DNA of 64,000 bases from Octopus sinensis (lineage: Eukaryota). Position 1 is the stretch's first letter, and each line of letters starts with the position of its first letter. Positions 12,521 through 24,544 of the stretch are shown piece by piece. Under the pieces are notes generated by a model. That model searched no databases, had not been told where the DNA came from, and saw nothing but the letters and a program-made list of their open reading frames with translations. The translations under genes and the position numbers were made by a program. Location: assembly GCF_006345805.1 (NCBI RefSeq), contig NC_043000.1:69874001-69938000 (forward strand). The letters run 5' to 3'.

Positions 12521-12789
12521 ATGTTCAGCTTCACCTAAGGTTACACTCCTGCTTACGAAGTTGATGTTATTTAGTTTATTGCTAAACAACATATATTAAT
12601 TGGAAAAAGTAGTGATAAATAACACAGCCACTTGTATTTTTAATCGAAACACAACATCCACAATATTTTCCGACGACGAGTGAATTGGAACTCCTCTCGG
12701 AATGGCAGATTTAACCTCATCAAATGCCAACTTGGTACTTCGTGATCTTGAAGGAATTATTGTCATTTCTGTTGTTAGTATCAGTTGTA

Positions 12790-13210
12790 GTATTAGGACA
12801 GCGACTAAGTTGAATCGATAGCGAGTTGAATAAAATGTTAACAGCCTTTCTTCTGGCTCTTTACGTTCTGAGATTAGATACGGTTTGGTCTAACTTTCAT
12901 CTTTTCGAAATTCATAAAACTGAATATCAACAAGGTAGTAAGGTTCAGGCAATCGCCTAACAGACAAGCTTTAAAATTGTTGGCCTTGTGCCAAAATTTG
13001 AAACATTATTAGAAGTATCATGATAGTTAATCGGAGAGTATGCTAGGCTAGCAGAATTGTTAGAGCGTCAGACTATACGCTTTTCAGTATTTCCCGTAGT
13101 CCTTTAAATTCTGAATTCAAATTCTGTCGCAGTCAACTTTTCGTTGATAAAGTGAAATACCAATCTAGTACTGAGGTCGATAGCAACGAATGAGTATCTC
13201 CTCCTCTTAA
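12790..13210 (+). mobile_element. Two degenerate SINE remnants (family of 17377-17592)
   Basis: GCTAGCAGAATTGTTAG...TTCTGAATTCAAATTCTGTCGCAGTCAACTTT and CTTTACGTTCTGAG...CTTTCATCTTTTCG match the better-preserved copies. Confidence 0.4.
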
Positions 13211-13256
13211 ACTGTTGAAGCTATTATTATTCCTTCTACTACTTATTATTATTATT

Positions 13257-13865
13257 GAATGCGAGAGCAGCGCATGCAATCAAAGTAACACTTGGACACA
13301 AATATACGAAGCTCAATATACCATCATTACTACCCGTTTGACAAGGGTACATCAGAAACATGCATGCCATCAAAGTGATACTGGGGTAAAAATATAAGAA
13401 GTCCGACTTGCACACATGCATCAAAAGCGTATGTGTGCGATATTGTGATCGATATTGTGATCCCATATCAAGATAAACAGCGCACGACCTTGCAGGTAGG
13501 GTTCAGTTAGAATGCTCTTTATGTCAAGTACGCCAACCCGTTGAAAGGACCCTGGAAAAGGATGATGATCGAAATACCTGTGTTTCCAGAGGTGAACTAT
13601 TCAAACCCAAAGAATTACTCTCAACACATGGCTATGATGATTTCCCCACTACTCCTGCTCATAGTCAGAGATGCACATATCCTCAGCCACTAAGTGACAT
13701 GCTCAACAGGTTAAGGTCAAGAAACTGACGAGCAAATCTGTGGTATTGAGCAGAATATTTGTTGTAGCCCATCTTTTATAACAAGACAAACGATGTACAC
13801 GAAGACACTTCCAATCAGTTAAGATCAGGAGTCATGAGAGCCACTGTCTGGTACTGCATCAGGGT
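13257..13865 (-). mobile_element. ~560-600 bp non-coding interspersed element in an (ATT)n tract, copy 1 (with a small internal duplication)
   Basis: Homologous along its length to 16168-16721, 16795-17255 and 17642-18201. Both ends are flanked by ATT-rich repeats. Strand is inferred from the orientation of the (AAT)n tail. Confidence 0.8.
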
Positions 13866-13900
13866 ATTTATTCTTTTTCTTCTTCTTCTTCTTCTTCTTC

Positions 13901-13990
<90 letters not shown>

Positions 13991-14004
13991 CATCATCATC
14001 ATCA

Positions 14005-15740
14005 TCATCATTTTATGTTTGACTTTTGCTTTGCATTTGTACAAGTTGGCTCCAAATCTCACCCAGAGACCTCGAGACAACAAGTTAGAAGTTCGTGTTG
14101 GTGTTATGCCTAGGGTGCTATATATTTGGTTGTACATAGTGTTGTTCTAGAGAAAGTTTAAGAAACCATAAAAAAAATTATGAGTTTGTTTTAAAATTTG
14201 AGATTATATAGACAGTATTTTATGTAGGATAAGGGCAGTACCTATGAGCAATCTCTTTTGAATTTCTGCCATTTTGGGGTTTCCTGGTATCTGAGCTAGG
14301 TAGAAATCAACCCCTGTTGCTATTATTCCTAGGGCACCTATGACAACAGGTACTGCTTTAGTCTTCAGGTTCCACATTTTGTCAATTTCTATTTCAAGAT
14401 CTTTATACTTGTTCAGCTTGTGTTAGGTCTTGACAGATACGTTTATATCGATTGGTACAGTCATATCAATGAGGAGGCATGATTTTTGCCTCAAGCCCTT
14501 CAATATAATGTCTGGCCTATTCGCATCTATCTTTCTGTCAGTTTGGATAGTGGAGTTCCAGAGGAGTGAGATGTGATCATTTTCAAGCACTGGGGGTGTT
14601 TTGTGTTCCCACCAGGTTTTATCATGGGACAAGTCCAGGTTTTTGCAAATTACCCAGTGAATATATTGTGCAGGTCTATCATGCCTGTTGAGATACTATG
14701 TAGGTACAAGAAAAGTGCACAATAGGATCAATGATTTCATTTTGATATTGACATACGCATGTTTGGAAGCTGCCGTTCTTGGTCTGGTAGTTTCTTGTTG
14801 GTAAGCACTGATCTTGGGCTGCTGTGATAAATACTTCTGTTTCTGATTTTAAGCCAGAAGCCATTAGTCATTGTTGAGTAAGGGCTTTGTCAACATAAGC
14901 ATTATTAGCTCACTTTGGGTATTTGCCATAGAGAGGTGTTTCTTGCCATTTATCAGTAAGACTATCTAAGGTAACAGTTTTAGCACGGGTTTTCATACGC
15001 TTAGCTTTTTCTGTTTGTTTCTAGTACGTAAAAATTCTGGTATTTGTATTTGGAATTCACTTAGATATTCCTTTGCCTGTTTTGTTACTGAGTATGAGGC
15101 GTTCTTGTTTTCATCTTTTGAGACAAGTTTTAACATCCAGTCCTCAGAGTTTTTCAGGTAGGTGTCTAAGCCAAATGTGGCAATCCACATTGTTAATGTC
15201 AGTTGTAAAATCCCACTCTCTCCTTTTCTTGGCAGATAAAGTCGTTTTGTATCTGCCTTAGGATGGTGCATTCTATGCATTGTCAACAATTTTCGTATTC
15301 TTTCTGATTACATATTTCAGTAATTGACCAATTAATGATATTGAAGCTGTAAGTCACGACCGGTATGGCTAAAGTATTGATCACTTCGATCCTGTTTCTT
15401 GCATTCAGCTCTACCTTGAGTATGAATATTGCTCTCAACCTGCGATAACATTCTCTTCTGATCCTTTCCCTCATCACTGAATGTTTTTTTTTTCCGTCCC
15501 CTTCAATTACCCCTAGGTATTTGTAGCTCTCCACTGGTTCTAACTCCTTTATGACATTCTGCTGGTCAAGGTTAACGTTAGATGTTTCTGTCATTATTCC
15601 TTTGATAAAAGTAGCTTTTGCATATTTATCGAGGCCAAATTGCATCCTGATGTCATCACTGAATTGTTTAACAATGGCTAGTAAGCCCTTGAGTTATTGG
15701 TCATTTTTTGCAAAGAGCTTTAAATTATACATTTTATAAC
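14005..15740 (-). mobile_element. 5'-truncated, decayed Dong/R4-like non-LTR retrotransposon (RT C-terminal part and RLE endonuclease)
   Basis: Motifs LKLFAKND...MQFGLDK...YKYLG...INTLAIPVVTYSF, HHPKADTKRLYLPRKG, SGLKSETEVFITAAQDQ, QTDRKIDANRPDII...LIDMTVP. The ORF ends near 14206 (ILHKILSI*), followed by a 3'UTR and an (ATG)n(AAT)n(AAG)n tail. Confidence 0.85.
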
Positions 15741-15959
15741 TGTACTGTAAAATATCGAACAATTTCGAGAGAGGTATTAAGGCTAGACAAAGAGAAGTGG
15801 TGATAGTGAGCCATCCTGGAAAATGTCACATGAAATTCCTACATCTCCAGGTTTTATGTTTCTTTCATCAATTTATCTGTTTGAATTTTTAAGGATAGCT
15901 CCTAATAACTACAGGAATACATTTTATCCTCACTCGTCATAGTTTCTGTAACTCAATGG

Positions 15960-16058
15960 CTAGGTCCTGCTATTATCATCATCATCATCATCATCATCAT
16001 CGTCGTCATCATCATCGTCGTCATCATCATCGTCATCATCGTCATCATCATCATCATT

Positions 16059-16090
<32 letters not shown>

Positions 16091-16108
16091 TATTATCATC
16101 ATTATCAA

Positions 16109-16167
<59 letters not shown>
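15960..16167. repeat. Compound (ATC/GTC)n(ATT)n microsatellite
   Basis: Direct reading. Confidence 0.95.
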
Positions 16168-16168
<1 letters not shown>

Positions 16169-16721
16169 GTGAGAGAGCAGTGCATGCCATCAAAGTGACA
16201 CTGGGGTAAAATATACGAAGCCCAGTATACCCATCATGACTATCCGTCTGATAAGGCTACACTAGGTACATGCATCACAACCATATGTGCGCGACATGGT
16301 GATCTCATATCAAGATAAACAGTACGTGACCTTGCAAGTGGGGCCCAGTTAGAATTTTGTTCTGGTCGAGTAACCCCTCCCGCTCAAAAGGTCCCTGAAT
16401 AAGGGTTGTTTAAGGATGTTGAACGAAACACCCATGTTTCCAGAGGTGAATTATTCAAACCCCAAAGAATTTATTTCAACACACGGTTATGATGCTCCCC
16501 CATTACTCCTGCTCGTAATCGGAAATGCACATATCGTCAGCCACTAAGGGACATGCTCAACTGGTTATGGTCAAGCAACTGACTAGCAAATCTGTGGCAT
16601 TGAGCAGAATATTTGCTGCAGCCCATCTTTTATACCAAGACAAAAGAATATACATGATAACACTTCCAATCAGTTAAGATCAGAAGCCATGAGAGCCGCT
16701 GCCTCGCACTGCATGAGGGCA
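16168..16721 (-). mobile_element. (TAA)n-embedded ~560 bp element, copy 2
   Basis: Runs from GAGAGAGCAGTGCATGCCATCAAAGTGACACTGGGG to GCATGAGGGC, between ATT tracts. Confidence 0.85.
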
Positions 16722-16794
<73 letters not shown>

Positions 16795-17255
16795 GAGTGC
16801 GAGAGCAGTTCATGTCATCAAAGTGACACTAGGGTAAAATATACGAAGCCCAGTATACCCATCATGACTACCCGTCTGATAAGGGTATACCAGGCACATG
16901 CATCACAACCATATGTGCGCGACATGGTGATCTCATATCAAGATAAACAGCACATGACTTTGCAGGTGGGGCCTAGTTAGAATTTTCTTCATGTTGAGTA
17001 GCCCATCCCATTCAAAAGGTCCCTGAATAAGGATTGTTTAAGGATGTTGAATGAAACACCCATGTTTACAAAGGTGAATTATTCAAACCTCCAAGAATCC
17101 CTCTCAACACACGGCTATATGCTCCCCCACTACTTCTGCTCGTGATCAGAGATGCACATATAGTCAGCCACTAAGGGGCATGCTCAACTGGTTAAGGTCA
17201 AACAACTGACAAGCAAATCAGTGGTATTGAGCAGAATATTTGCTATAGCCCATCT
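16795..17255 (-). mobile_element. (TAA)n-embedded element, copy 3 (missing ~95 bp at its minus-strand 5' end)
   Basis: Homology stops at GCCCATCT (17255), then (ATT)n follows. Confidence 0.85.
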
Positions 17256-17340
<85 letters not shown>

Positions 17341-17376
17341 TATTATTATTATTATTATTATTAATATTATTATTAA

Positions 17377-17592
17377 GGCGGTGAGCAGGCAGAATCGTTA
17401 ACACACTGGACAAAATTCTTAGCGGCATTTCTTCCGGTTTTACGTTCTAAATTCAAATGTCACCGAGGTTGACTTTGACTTTCATACTTCGGGATCAATA
17501 AAATGAATTATCAATTAAGTACTGGGTTGATGTAATCGACTAGTCACCTCCTACAAATTGGCTGGTTACGTGCCTATAGTAGAAAGAATTAT
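17377..17592 (+). mobile_element. SINE
   Basis: GGCGGTGAGCAGGCAGAATCGTTAACAC...TTCAAATGTCACCGAGGTTGACTTTG...GATGTAATCGACT...AGAAAGAATTATT. Homologous to four copies at 47369-48208. Confidence 0.8.
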
Positions 17593-17641
17593 TTTTATTA
17601 CTATTGTTTTTGTTGTTTTCCTTATTATTATTATTATTATT

Positions 17642-18201
17642 GAGTGAGAGAGCAGTTCATGCCATCAAAGTGACACTGGGGTAAAATATACGAAGCCCAA
17701 TATACCCATCATGACTACCCGTCTGATAAAGGTACACCAGGCACATGCATCACAACCATATGTGCGCGACATGGTGATCTCATATCAAGATAAACAGCAC
17801 ATGACCTTGCAGGTGGGGCCCAGTTAGAATTTTCTTCAGGTTGAGTAGCCCATCCCGCTCAAACGGTCCCTGAATAAGGGTTGCTTAAGGATGTTGAAAG
17901 AACCACCCATGTTTCCAGAGGTGAACTATTCAAACCCCAAAGAATCCCTCTCAACACATGGCTATGATGCTCCCCCACTACTTCTGCTCGTGATCAGAGA
18001 TGCACATATCGTCAGCCACTAAGGGACATGCTCAACTGGTTAAGGTCAAACAACTGACAAGCAAATCTGTGGTATGAGCAGAATATTTGCTGTAGCCCAT
18101 CTTTTATACCAAGACAAAACAATGTACATGATAACACTTCCAATCAGTTAAGATCAGAAGCCATGAGAGCCACTGCCTGGTACTGCATACTGCATCAGGG
18201 C
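17642..18201 (-). mobile_element. (TAA)n-embedded ~560 bp element, copy 4
   Basis: Full homology to copy 2, flanked by ATT tracts. Confidence 0.85.
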
Positions 18202-18244
<43 letters not shown>

Positions 18245-18315
18245 GAGAATTATATGCATTTTATGCCCTTTAGCTAACACTATGCCAAACTGATGTTTTT
18301 GAGGTAATAGTAATA

Positions 18316-18520
18316 GTGGTGGCGGCGGTGGTAGAGGAAGCAGAGGTGGAGGAGAAGGTGACAGAGGAGAAGGAGGAGAAGGAGGAGGAGGAGATAGAGG
18401 CAGCAGTGGCAGAGGCAGCGACGGTGGCAGAGGCAGCAACGGCGGCAGATGCAGCGGTGGCGGAGATAGTGGTTTGTGGTGGTGAGGAGAAGGAGGTGGA
18501 TTTTAATGGCTGGTTGGGAT
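18316..18520. repeat. GAG/GCA/GTG-rich low-complexity triplet tract
   Basis: Direct reading. Confidence 0.8.
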
Positions 18521-19492
18521 GATGGTGATGGTGGATAGAACATTTTTTTGCTTTTAATCTATTTTGTTGACATTACTATTTACACTGAATAATGCTGCAC
18601 AATAATTTCCCCTTTCTAGTTAATGCGATCACTGAAAAAGAAGATAATTTCATCGTCTTTGATGTAAACAATTTTAAGATAATGTGTAGTCCTAAAAATG
18701 AACATAGCTATTGCAAAGATTACTTAACATTTCAATACAATGCGATTTTTTTCTAACAGAACACATCAATATTGGTTGAATTTTCGAAAGTTTTACTGTA
18801 ATAGCACCGTAAAATAAAGATGGTTTTTAGAATACCCCTCTTTACATTTTTAGGCTCTGTTCAAGAGAATTATAGTAGATTGGTCTACATGACTGAAGAG
18901 TAGAAATAAGTGCAGTTCGCCGACTGGCTTGCTAGAGTATGCATTAGCTAGATTATGTTTACGTATAAATAAATCCAGAAATTCACTGTTTATGCAGTGT
19001 TTTGTAAAAGCTGTGTTATTACCTATTTGTGATTTTAGAAGTTATTGAGATTTTTTTTTTTTTGGTGCGTAGTTAAATTCGATGTTCATTCCCAAAACCG
19101 AACTGCCAATATCAAACTTGTTCTTCACTATATAGCCCATATATGTTCTTAATTAGTTTTCATTAATTAAATTTATTCAGTGTTGTCTCACCTGCTTTTC
19201 TTGGTGAAAATTGATAATTAAGCTAGATAAGTTTTTTAACGAAGACTTCATTTTTTTCATTAGCAAATGAAAATAATATGTTGTTATTTTAGTTAGGATT
19301 AAAAAATTAAAAGGAATGCGGTTATAGCAAAGTGTTGGAGAATATTAGCAGTAGTAGAAAATTATATTTTCAGAACTTTAAATATCTACATAATGTTATA
19401 GACAAGAAAATGAGAACTAATGATGTGGTCCGGCTGTATTTCTGTGACGCTTCGATTATTATCATGCTGTTGTCATCGTCGTTGGCAATGAC

Positions 19493-19540
<48 letters not shown>

Positions 19541-20339
19541 GGTGGTGGTGGTGATAAACCCGTGTGTGTGTGTGCACGCGTGCGTGCGTGAGTATGTGAT
19601 TGAAAATACCTTATAGCACGTTACATTTTACAAACGACCTTCAAGTTAGTATATTTGAAATTCAGTAATGTATCGAATGACATAAAAAATTCTTAGAAAA
19701 TTGCTGGAAGAGCCGGAAATCTATAGCTAAAATGTCGATGAATAAAACTATCTCACAATATAAGCTTCAGGCGTATGAAATATATCATCGCTAGTCAACT
19801 TCACTAGTCGAATTCATGTTTAGATATATGCTTAATGAGAGTGTTTAATTTGTCTTAATTTTACACTGTCACTCTATATAGTAATTATTACCATGCTTCA
19901 TATATCAATCTAAGACGAACTATACATCCATTCCGAATTTAAGTACAGTAACATAATAAATTTTGTAATGTTATTATCAGTCCGAATATGCTTGAGGCAC
20001 GTTCGAACCGGTGAACAAGCTACTCACTGCGTTTTGTCACGGAAAATATATCCCATTTATTGACAAATGGTGTGTATACACCTATATCAGATTGCAGCGC
20101 CGTCTACCAAAACCGTGAGATGCAAACATTTCGGAGTAGTTATCTCCTCTTCGGTCACGGACACCAGGCAAGTGGCATACGGCAACTCGCAGTGCTGTAT
20201 AGCAAATAAGATGGAGGGTATCCTAAATGGTTCTGCCTGGATGGAACATGTCTGTGCCTCCCAGACTATACTATTCCCGACACTCGCCAACCTTTTTGCT
20301 AAGACCTTGGCCCAAATCTTCATGATGCCCCACCACTCC

Positions 20340-21739
20340 ACTTCAGCACAAACTTTCTTTAATTATCCTCTGCTCATAACATGGAGTGAACTGCGAGCAT
20401 GACCTTTGACATGTGGGCGTGAACACTATTAATGTGTACCCCACTTTTTTTTATCTGTGTACATTAGTGTTTACTGAAACTACTCCCTATTATCACCTAC
20501 GGCCATGATCCCACCACCACTTCAGCCTTTTATTTGGCGTGAATGATTGCTTTTACCACGTCCCTAGTGTTTACACGTCCACTCTTTATCGCTGACAATC
20601 ATAATGCCCCCTTTTCACCACCAATTTTTTTAATGACATTATGTCAATGGGCTACCAAAAAGGAGTGAACTGCGAACATGACATTTGACCTGTGCGCATG
20701 AACACTATCGATTGTCCACTGTAATGAGCCTTTCCAATTAATTCTCTGATTGAATTTCATTGGTGGAACACTGTTCGTCTGATCATACCGGTGTCAAATC
20801 GTAATTATTGATGCACATTTGTGCATAATGTGCAACTTATCAGTTTTTAGCTTACGCGTCATTAAAAAATATTGCATTCAGTGTCTTTGTGTCCACATAG
20901 CTAACTGTCTGTCCCTGCTTCTACCTTTTTTGAATAATACGTTTAGTAAGTTCACTTTTTATACACCATGCCAAATTTGTTTTTCTGTGTCTCTTTTTGC
21001 CAGATTTTTAAAACTCGCAATTTAAACATAGCCCAATACTACTGCCATGCCACCTAAGAAAAGAACGTGCCTTTGTCGTAAAACAGAACCTGCTTCGGCT
21101 GCCAAGAGAAGGAGGGCGAGCCATGTTTCTCTCATGGCCAGTTATATGTCGGATGCTCCAGAGCTGCCTAATGGCAAAATGAAAAATGTAGTGTACAGAG
21201 ACGTGTTGTAGGCATTTCACGCGCCAACAGCTTTCAAATTCGTGAACATCTATGCCCCCACTACGCCAATGCAACCTTGCAGACCTGATACATGGTGGTG
21301 CTATTGTAGCCATACTTTCAAAGTTACTAACTTTCCTCAACCATGTTTCTTATAAAGAAAGGTCCTTTTTAGGGCCACTTTACATACGATTGATACACCA
21401 CCTGAGAACACATTACAGTCCTTTTTCAGGGCTTTTTATCAAATTGTTACCGCTGTGAGAATGACAAAAAAGTCTTTTTCAGGGCTACTTTACCCGTGAT
21501 TGTTACACCATGTTAGAACGCATTAAAGCGCTTATCAGGACTTCGTATCAAACTGTTACTGCCTGGTTTCAGCGATACCCGGTGACCAATTTTGTTACAA
21601 TTTGTTACAATTTGGTTACAATAAGCGATCAATTTTGTTACAATTTGGCGTTAACGTTATTTATGACATAGGAAATTTACTATGTATAAAAAGACATTGT
21701 AGTATGTGAACCCCTAGCAATGCCGGATACTTCTGCTAG
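20340..21739 (+). mobile_element. Putative non-autonomous Helitron derivative (left boundary uncertain)
   Basis: The 3' terminus CCCCTAGCAATGCCGGATACTTCTGCTAG|T is a hairpin plus CTAG before T. Internal duplications occur at 20383/20662 and ~21365/21475. ATG 21047 gives MPPKKRTCLCRKTEPASAAKRRR, resembling a RepHel N-terminus. Confidence 0.45.
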
Positions 21740-21757
21740 TATATATATATATATATA

Positions 21758-21987
21758 TATATAAAATCCTTTGTATCTCTGTATGTTCCAAATGCATTCT
21801 CAAACGACTCGACCAAATTAAATCAAATTTTACATGGTAATACTATCACACCCCAGAAGTGTCAACATGTAAATTTTTTGGATTAAAACAACGCAACATT
21901 GGCGCCGGTTCTGTATTATATCTCAAAACTCGAAGAATAAAAGTGAAGCCTTCGAAGGTGCAACAGTTATGAATAGTTTCACTATAT
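21758..21987 (+). mobile_element. Helitron/DINE-like 5' fragment cut off by the Penelope insertion
   Basis: Starts in (TA)n with ATAAAATCCTTTGTATCTCTGTATG. Shares ACCAA...TCAAATTTTACA with the 61645 element. Confidence 0.4.
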
Positions 21988-23151
21988 AAGCCCGAATACA
22001 CTCTTCAACACAGAAGCCGACAGTAAAAAAATGTGGAAGACCCAATTGCGGGATATGCGATTATCTAATTGAGGGATCAGAATTCTCCTTCAAACAGGGA
22101 CAACGGTTTACAGTGAAAAGCAACTTCACATGTGCTTCGGAGAACCTGATATACACACTAACCTGCTCTGGGTGTCAAGAGCAGTACATAGACCAAACAA
22201 AAAATAGTTTGCGTAAAAGAATGGCCCTGCACAGATCCCAGATAAAAATTCCCCAAAACAGAAAAATAGCTTTCAGCCAACACATAGATACTTGCGCCAA
22301 CAACAAAACACCAGGCTTCAGGATTTTCCCCCTCTACCAATTTAGGGACGATACAACCTCGAGACAACGAATAAGTAAAGAAACTCTCTTTATTACAAAA
22401 TACAAGCCACTTCTTAACGGGTCTACGACAAACGATTAATACACCTCAGCTTTAGAATAACAGAAATACACACGCATATATTACATTCCAAAGAATCCAT
22501 TACAAATCAGCCCCAATCACAGCTATAATCCATAACGTGCCAACTTCAAGTCATACAACACCTCACTACTTCCACTCATTCATATTCTCCCTTCTCTTTG
22601 TTCTTCTTGTTCTTCTTCTTCTTCATCATCATCATCATCATCATCGTCGTCATCATCATCACCATCATCATCATCTTCTTCTCCTTCCCCTTCCCCTTCT
22701 TCTTCTTCTTCTTCATCATCATCATCATCATCATCAACATCGTCATCATCTTCTTCTTCTTCTTCTTCTCCTTCTTCTTCTTCTCCTTCTTCTTCTACTC
22801 CACCTTCTACCTCTTAACTTTATCACTAATGCTTTTTTAATATAACACCTACGCAAATTCCATAAACAAACCTTTCAATAGAAATATTCTCCTGAATTGA
22901 ACTGCAACTGCTAGCCGTCACTGACTATTCAAAATACGACAATCAAGGCACTCCCAAATTTTTCCACCCCCTCTCCTCATAAACCTTCTTCTTCTTCTAC
23001 CCTACCAAGAATTCACAACGACCTCGAACACACAAGTGCAAACAAGGGAGACAGAGAAAGGCAGAATGCCACTTATATTTGAACACTATACAAATATTCC
23101 TTTAAAAAAACTTTTCTTTTAATTTTTCTAAATTTAATTATTTAATCGTTA

Positions 23152-23189
23152 CAGTTGAAAAGGTCTCAAAATGACCGAAACCGGTACTG
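23152..23189 (+). ncRNA. Minimal type I hammerhead, U3/A8 variant (pLTR1)
   Basis: CAG-TTGAAAA-GGTC(TCAAAAT)GACC-GAAA-CCGG-TA-CTG. Confidence 0.75.
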
Positions 23190-23308
23190 AAATGTTCTTT
23201 ATAAAATTATTTTAGCATTTTCTATTTTGACTTGTTTTTTCATATATATCAACTCGTGTGTTCCTTTTCGCCCTTATACATATCATTAACCCACACGAGA
23301 TACAGAAA

Positions 23309-24544
23309 ATGCCGACAAAAACAGACACAATCATCTCCATAAATGAAGAAATACTGAAAGAACTCAAGAAAATCAACACAAATTTGTCAACATTTTTGAA
23401 CAAATTCGACTCGACACATTAACCCAATCGAGAGAACAATGAGGAAACAGATACGAAAAATAGAACCTCCGAAATCGTCGAAAACCTTGGAAACTTATGC
23501 GAAACAATTAGAACATTTTTCTCTAACAACGCTAACCAAAGACTTCCAAACGCGTCAATATATGGGACCAATACTCTAACAACATACCAAATGAAATACC
23601 ACATAATACCACAATGGAACAAATCACTCAGAGATAGAAAGTTCGCCTTTTGGAAGATGATCCAAAACAACAACAAAGCGGATATATGCGAAAAATGGCT
23701 CAACCGGACCCCGTTAATCCTCCCACGTAAATTCCAGTTCAAAACTATTACAGAGGAACCTGAAACACAAAGACGCCTCAGGGAGAGAATGGCACTGGAA
23801 AAAATGAAAATGGAAATAGAACTTCTGAAATTGAGGGCCCAAACGAATGAGGATAAAGTAAAATCCACCGATGAAGATATCAACGAAGAAATTCGCAAAA
23901 TGACCCAAGGCCCAGATCAAGAGAAGTTCTCCAAACTATGGAAAGAGGACTGTGAAAAAGAAGAACTAAAATCTCTCCAACGCTGGGAGAAAAGCGCCAC
24001 TTGGTTCTCAAACTATGAAGCCGTCTTTCAAACAGAGCACGCCTCTAACAACCCTTTCCAGAAAATAAGAAAACCAAAACAACACGCAAACACCGGTACA
24101 CACCTGTCTAAAAATCGAAATCTTCACTACTGTCAAAAAAAGAATACAGGACCTAACCCTAACTCTGTAAGCAGCCAGCGATACAATATCAGGAATACCC
24201 CCACTTCAAGCAGAGAAAGGATAAATAAATACCCACAGGATAGACACTGCAACCTTATCCCCACCCAAAAGAGTTACCAACGAAATCTTCGTTCCAACAA
24301 CCGGTTAAACAACCATGCACAACAAACCCACACCACTCGCAATGATTACCAACGAAGGCCTCCTAGAACACCACACCCGAATATGGGATACCGGGACACT
24401 CTTCTCAATACTGTTCCAAGAACACACAACATAAATCACAACAGGAGACCCCACATCAACAAAGAACAACTATATAATAGCTACCGTCCCAACCACCACA
24501 TTCATTTTTTAGACCCAATACGCAAACACAGAGACACAAGATAG
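23309..24544 (+). pseudogene. PLE ORF1 / N-terminal region (412 codons, one premature TAA at 23420-23422)
   Basis: ATG 23309 is in frame with the supplied ORF 23591-24544 across a single stop. It contains a coiled-coil-like segment (RLRERMALEKMKMEIELLKLR) and a basic low-complexity tail ending HIHFLDPIRKHRDTR*. Confidence 0.7.

Noticed and set aside
18130-18201. HDV-like or hammerhead ribozyme at the 5' end of the TAA-embedded element (CTGATGCAG..., hairpin CTTCTGATC/GATTGGAAG)
   Set aside because: I could not build a nested double pseudoknot or a complete HHR core by eye. Kept only as a test suggestion.
13257-18201. CRISPR-like or satellite interpretation of repeated units separated by ATT tracts
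   Set aside because: The units are ~560 bp, the context is eukaryotic, there are no unique spacers or cas genes, and the copies are diverged and interleaved with a LINE and a SINE.
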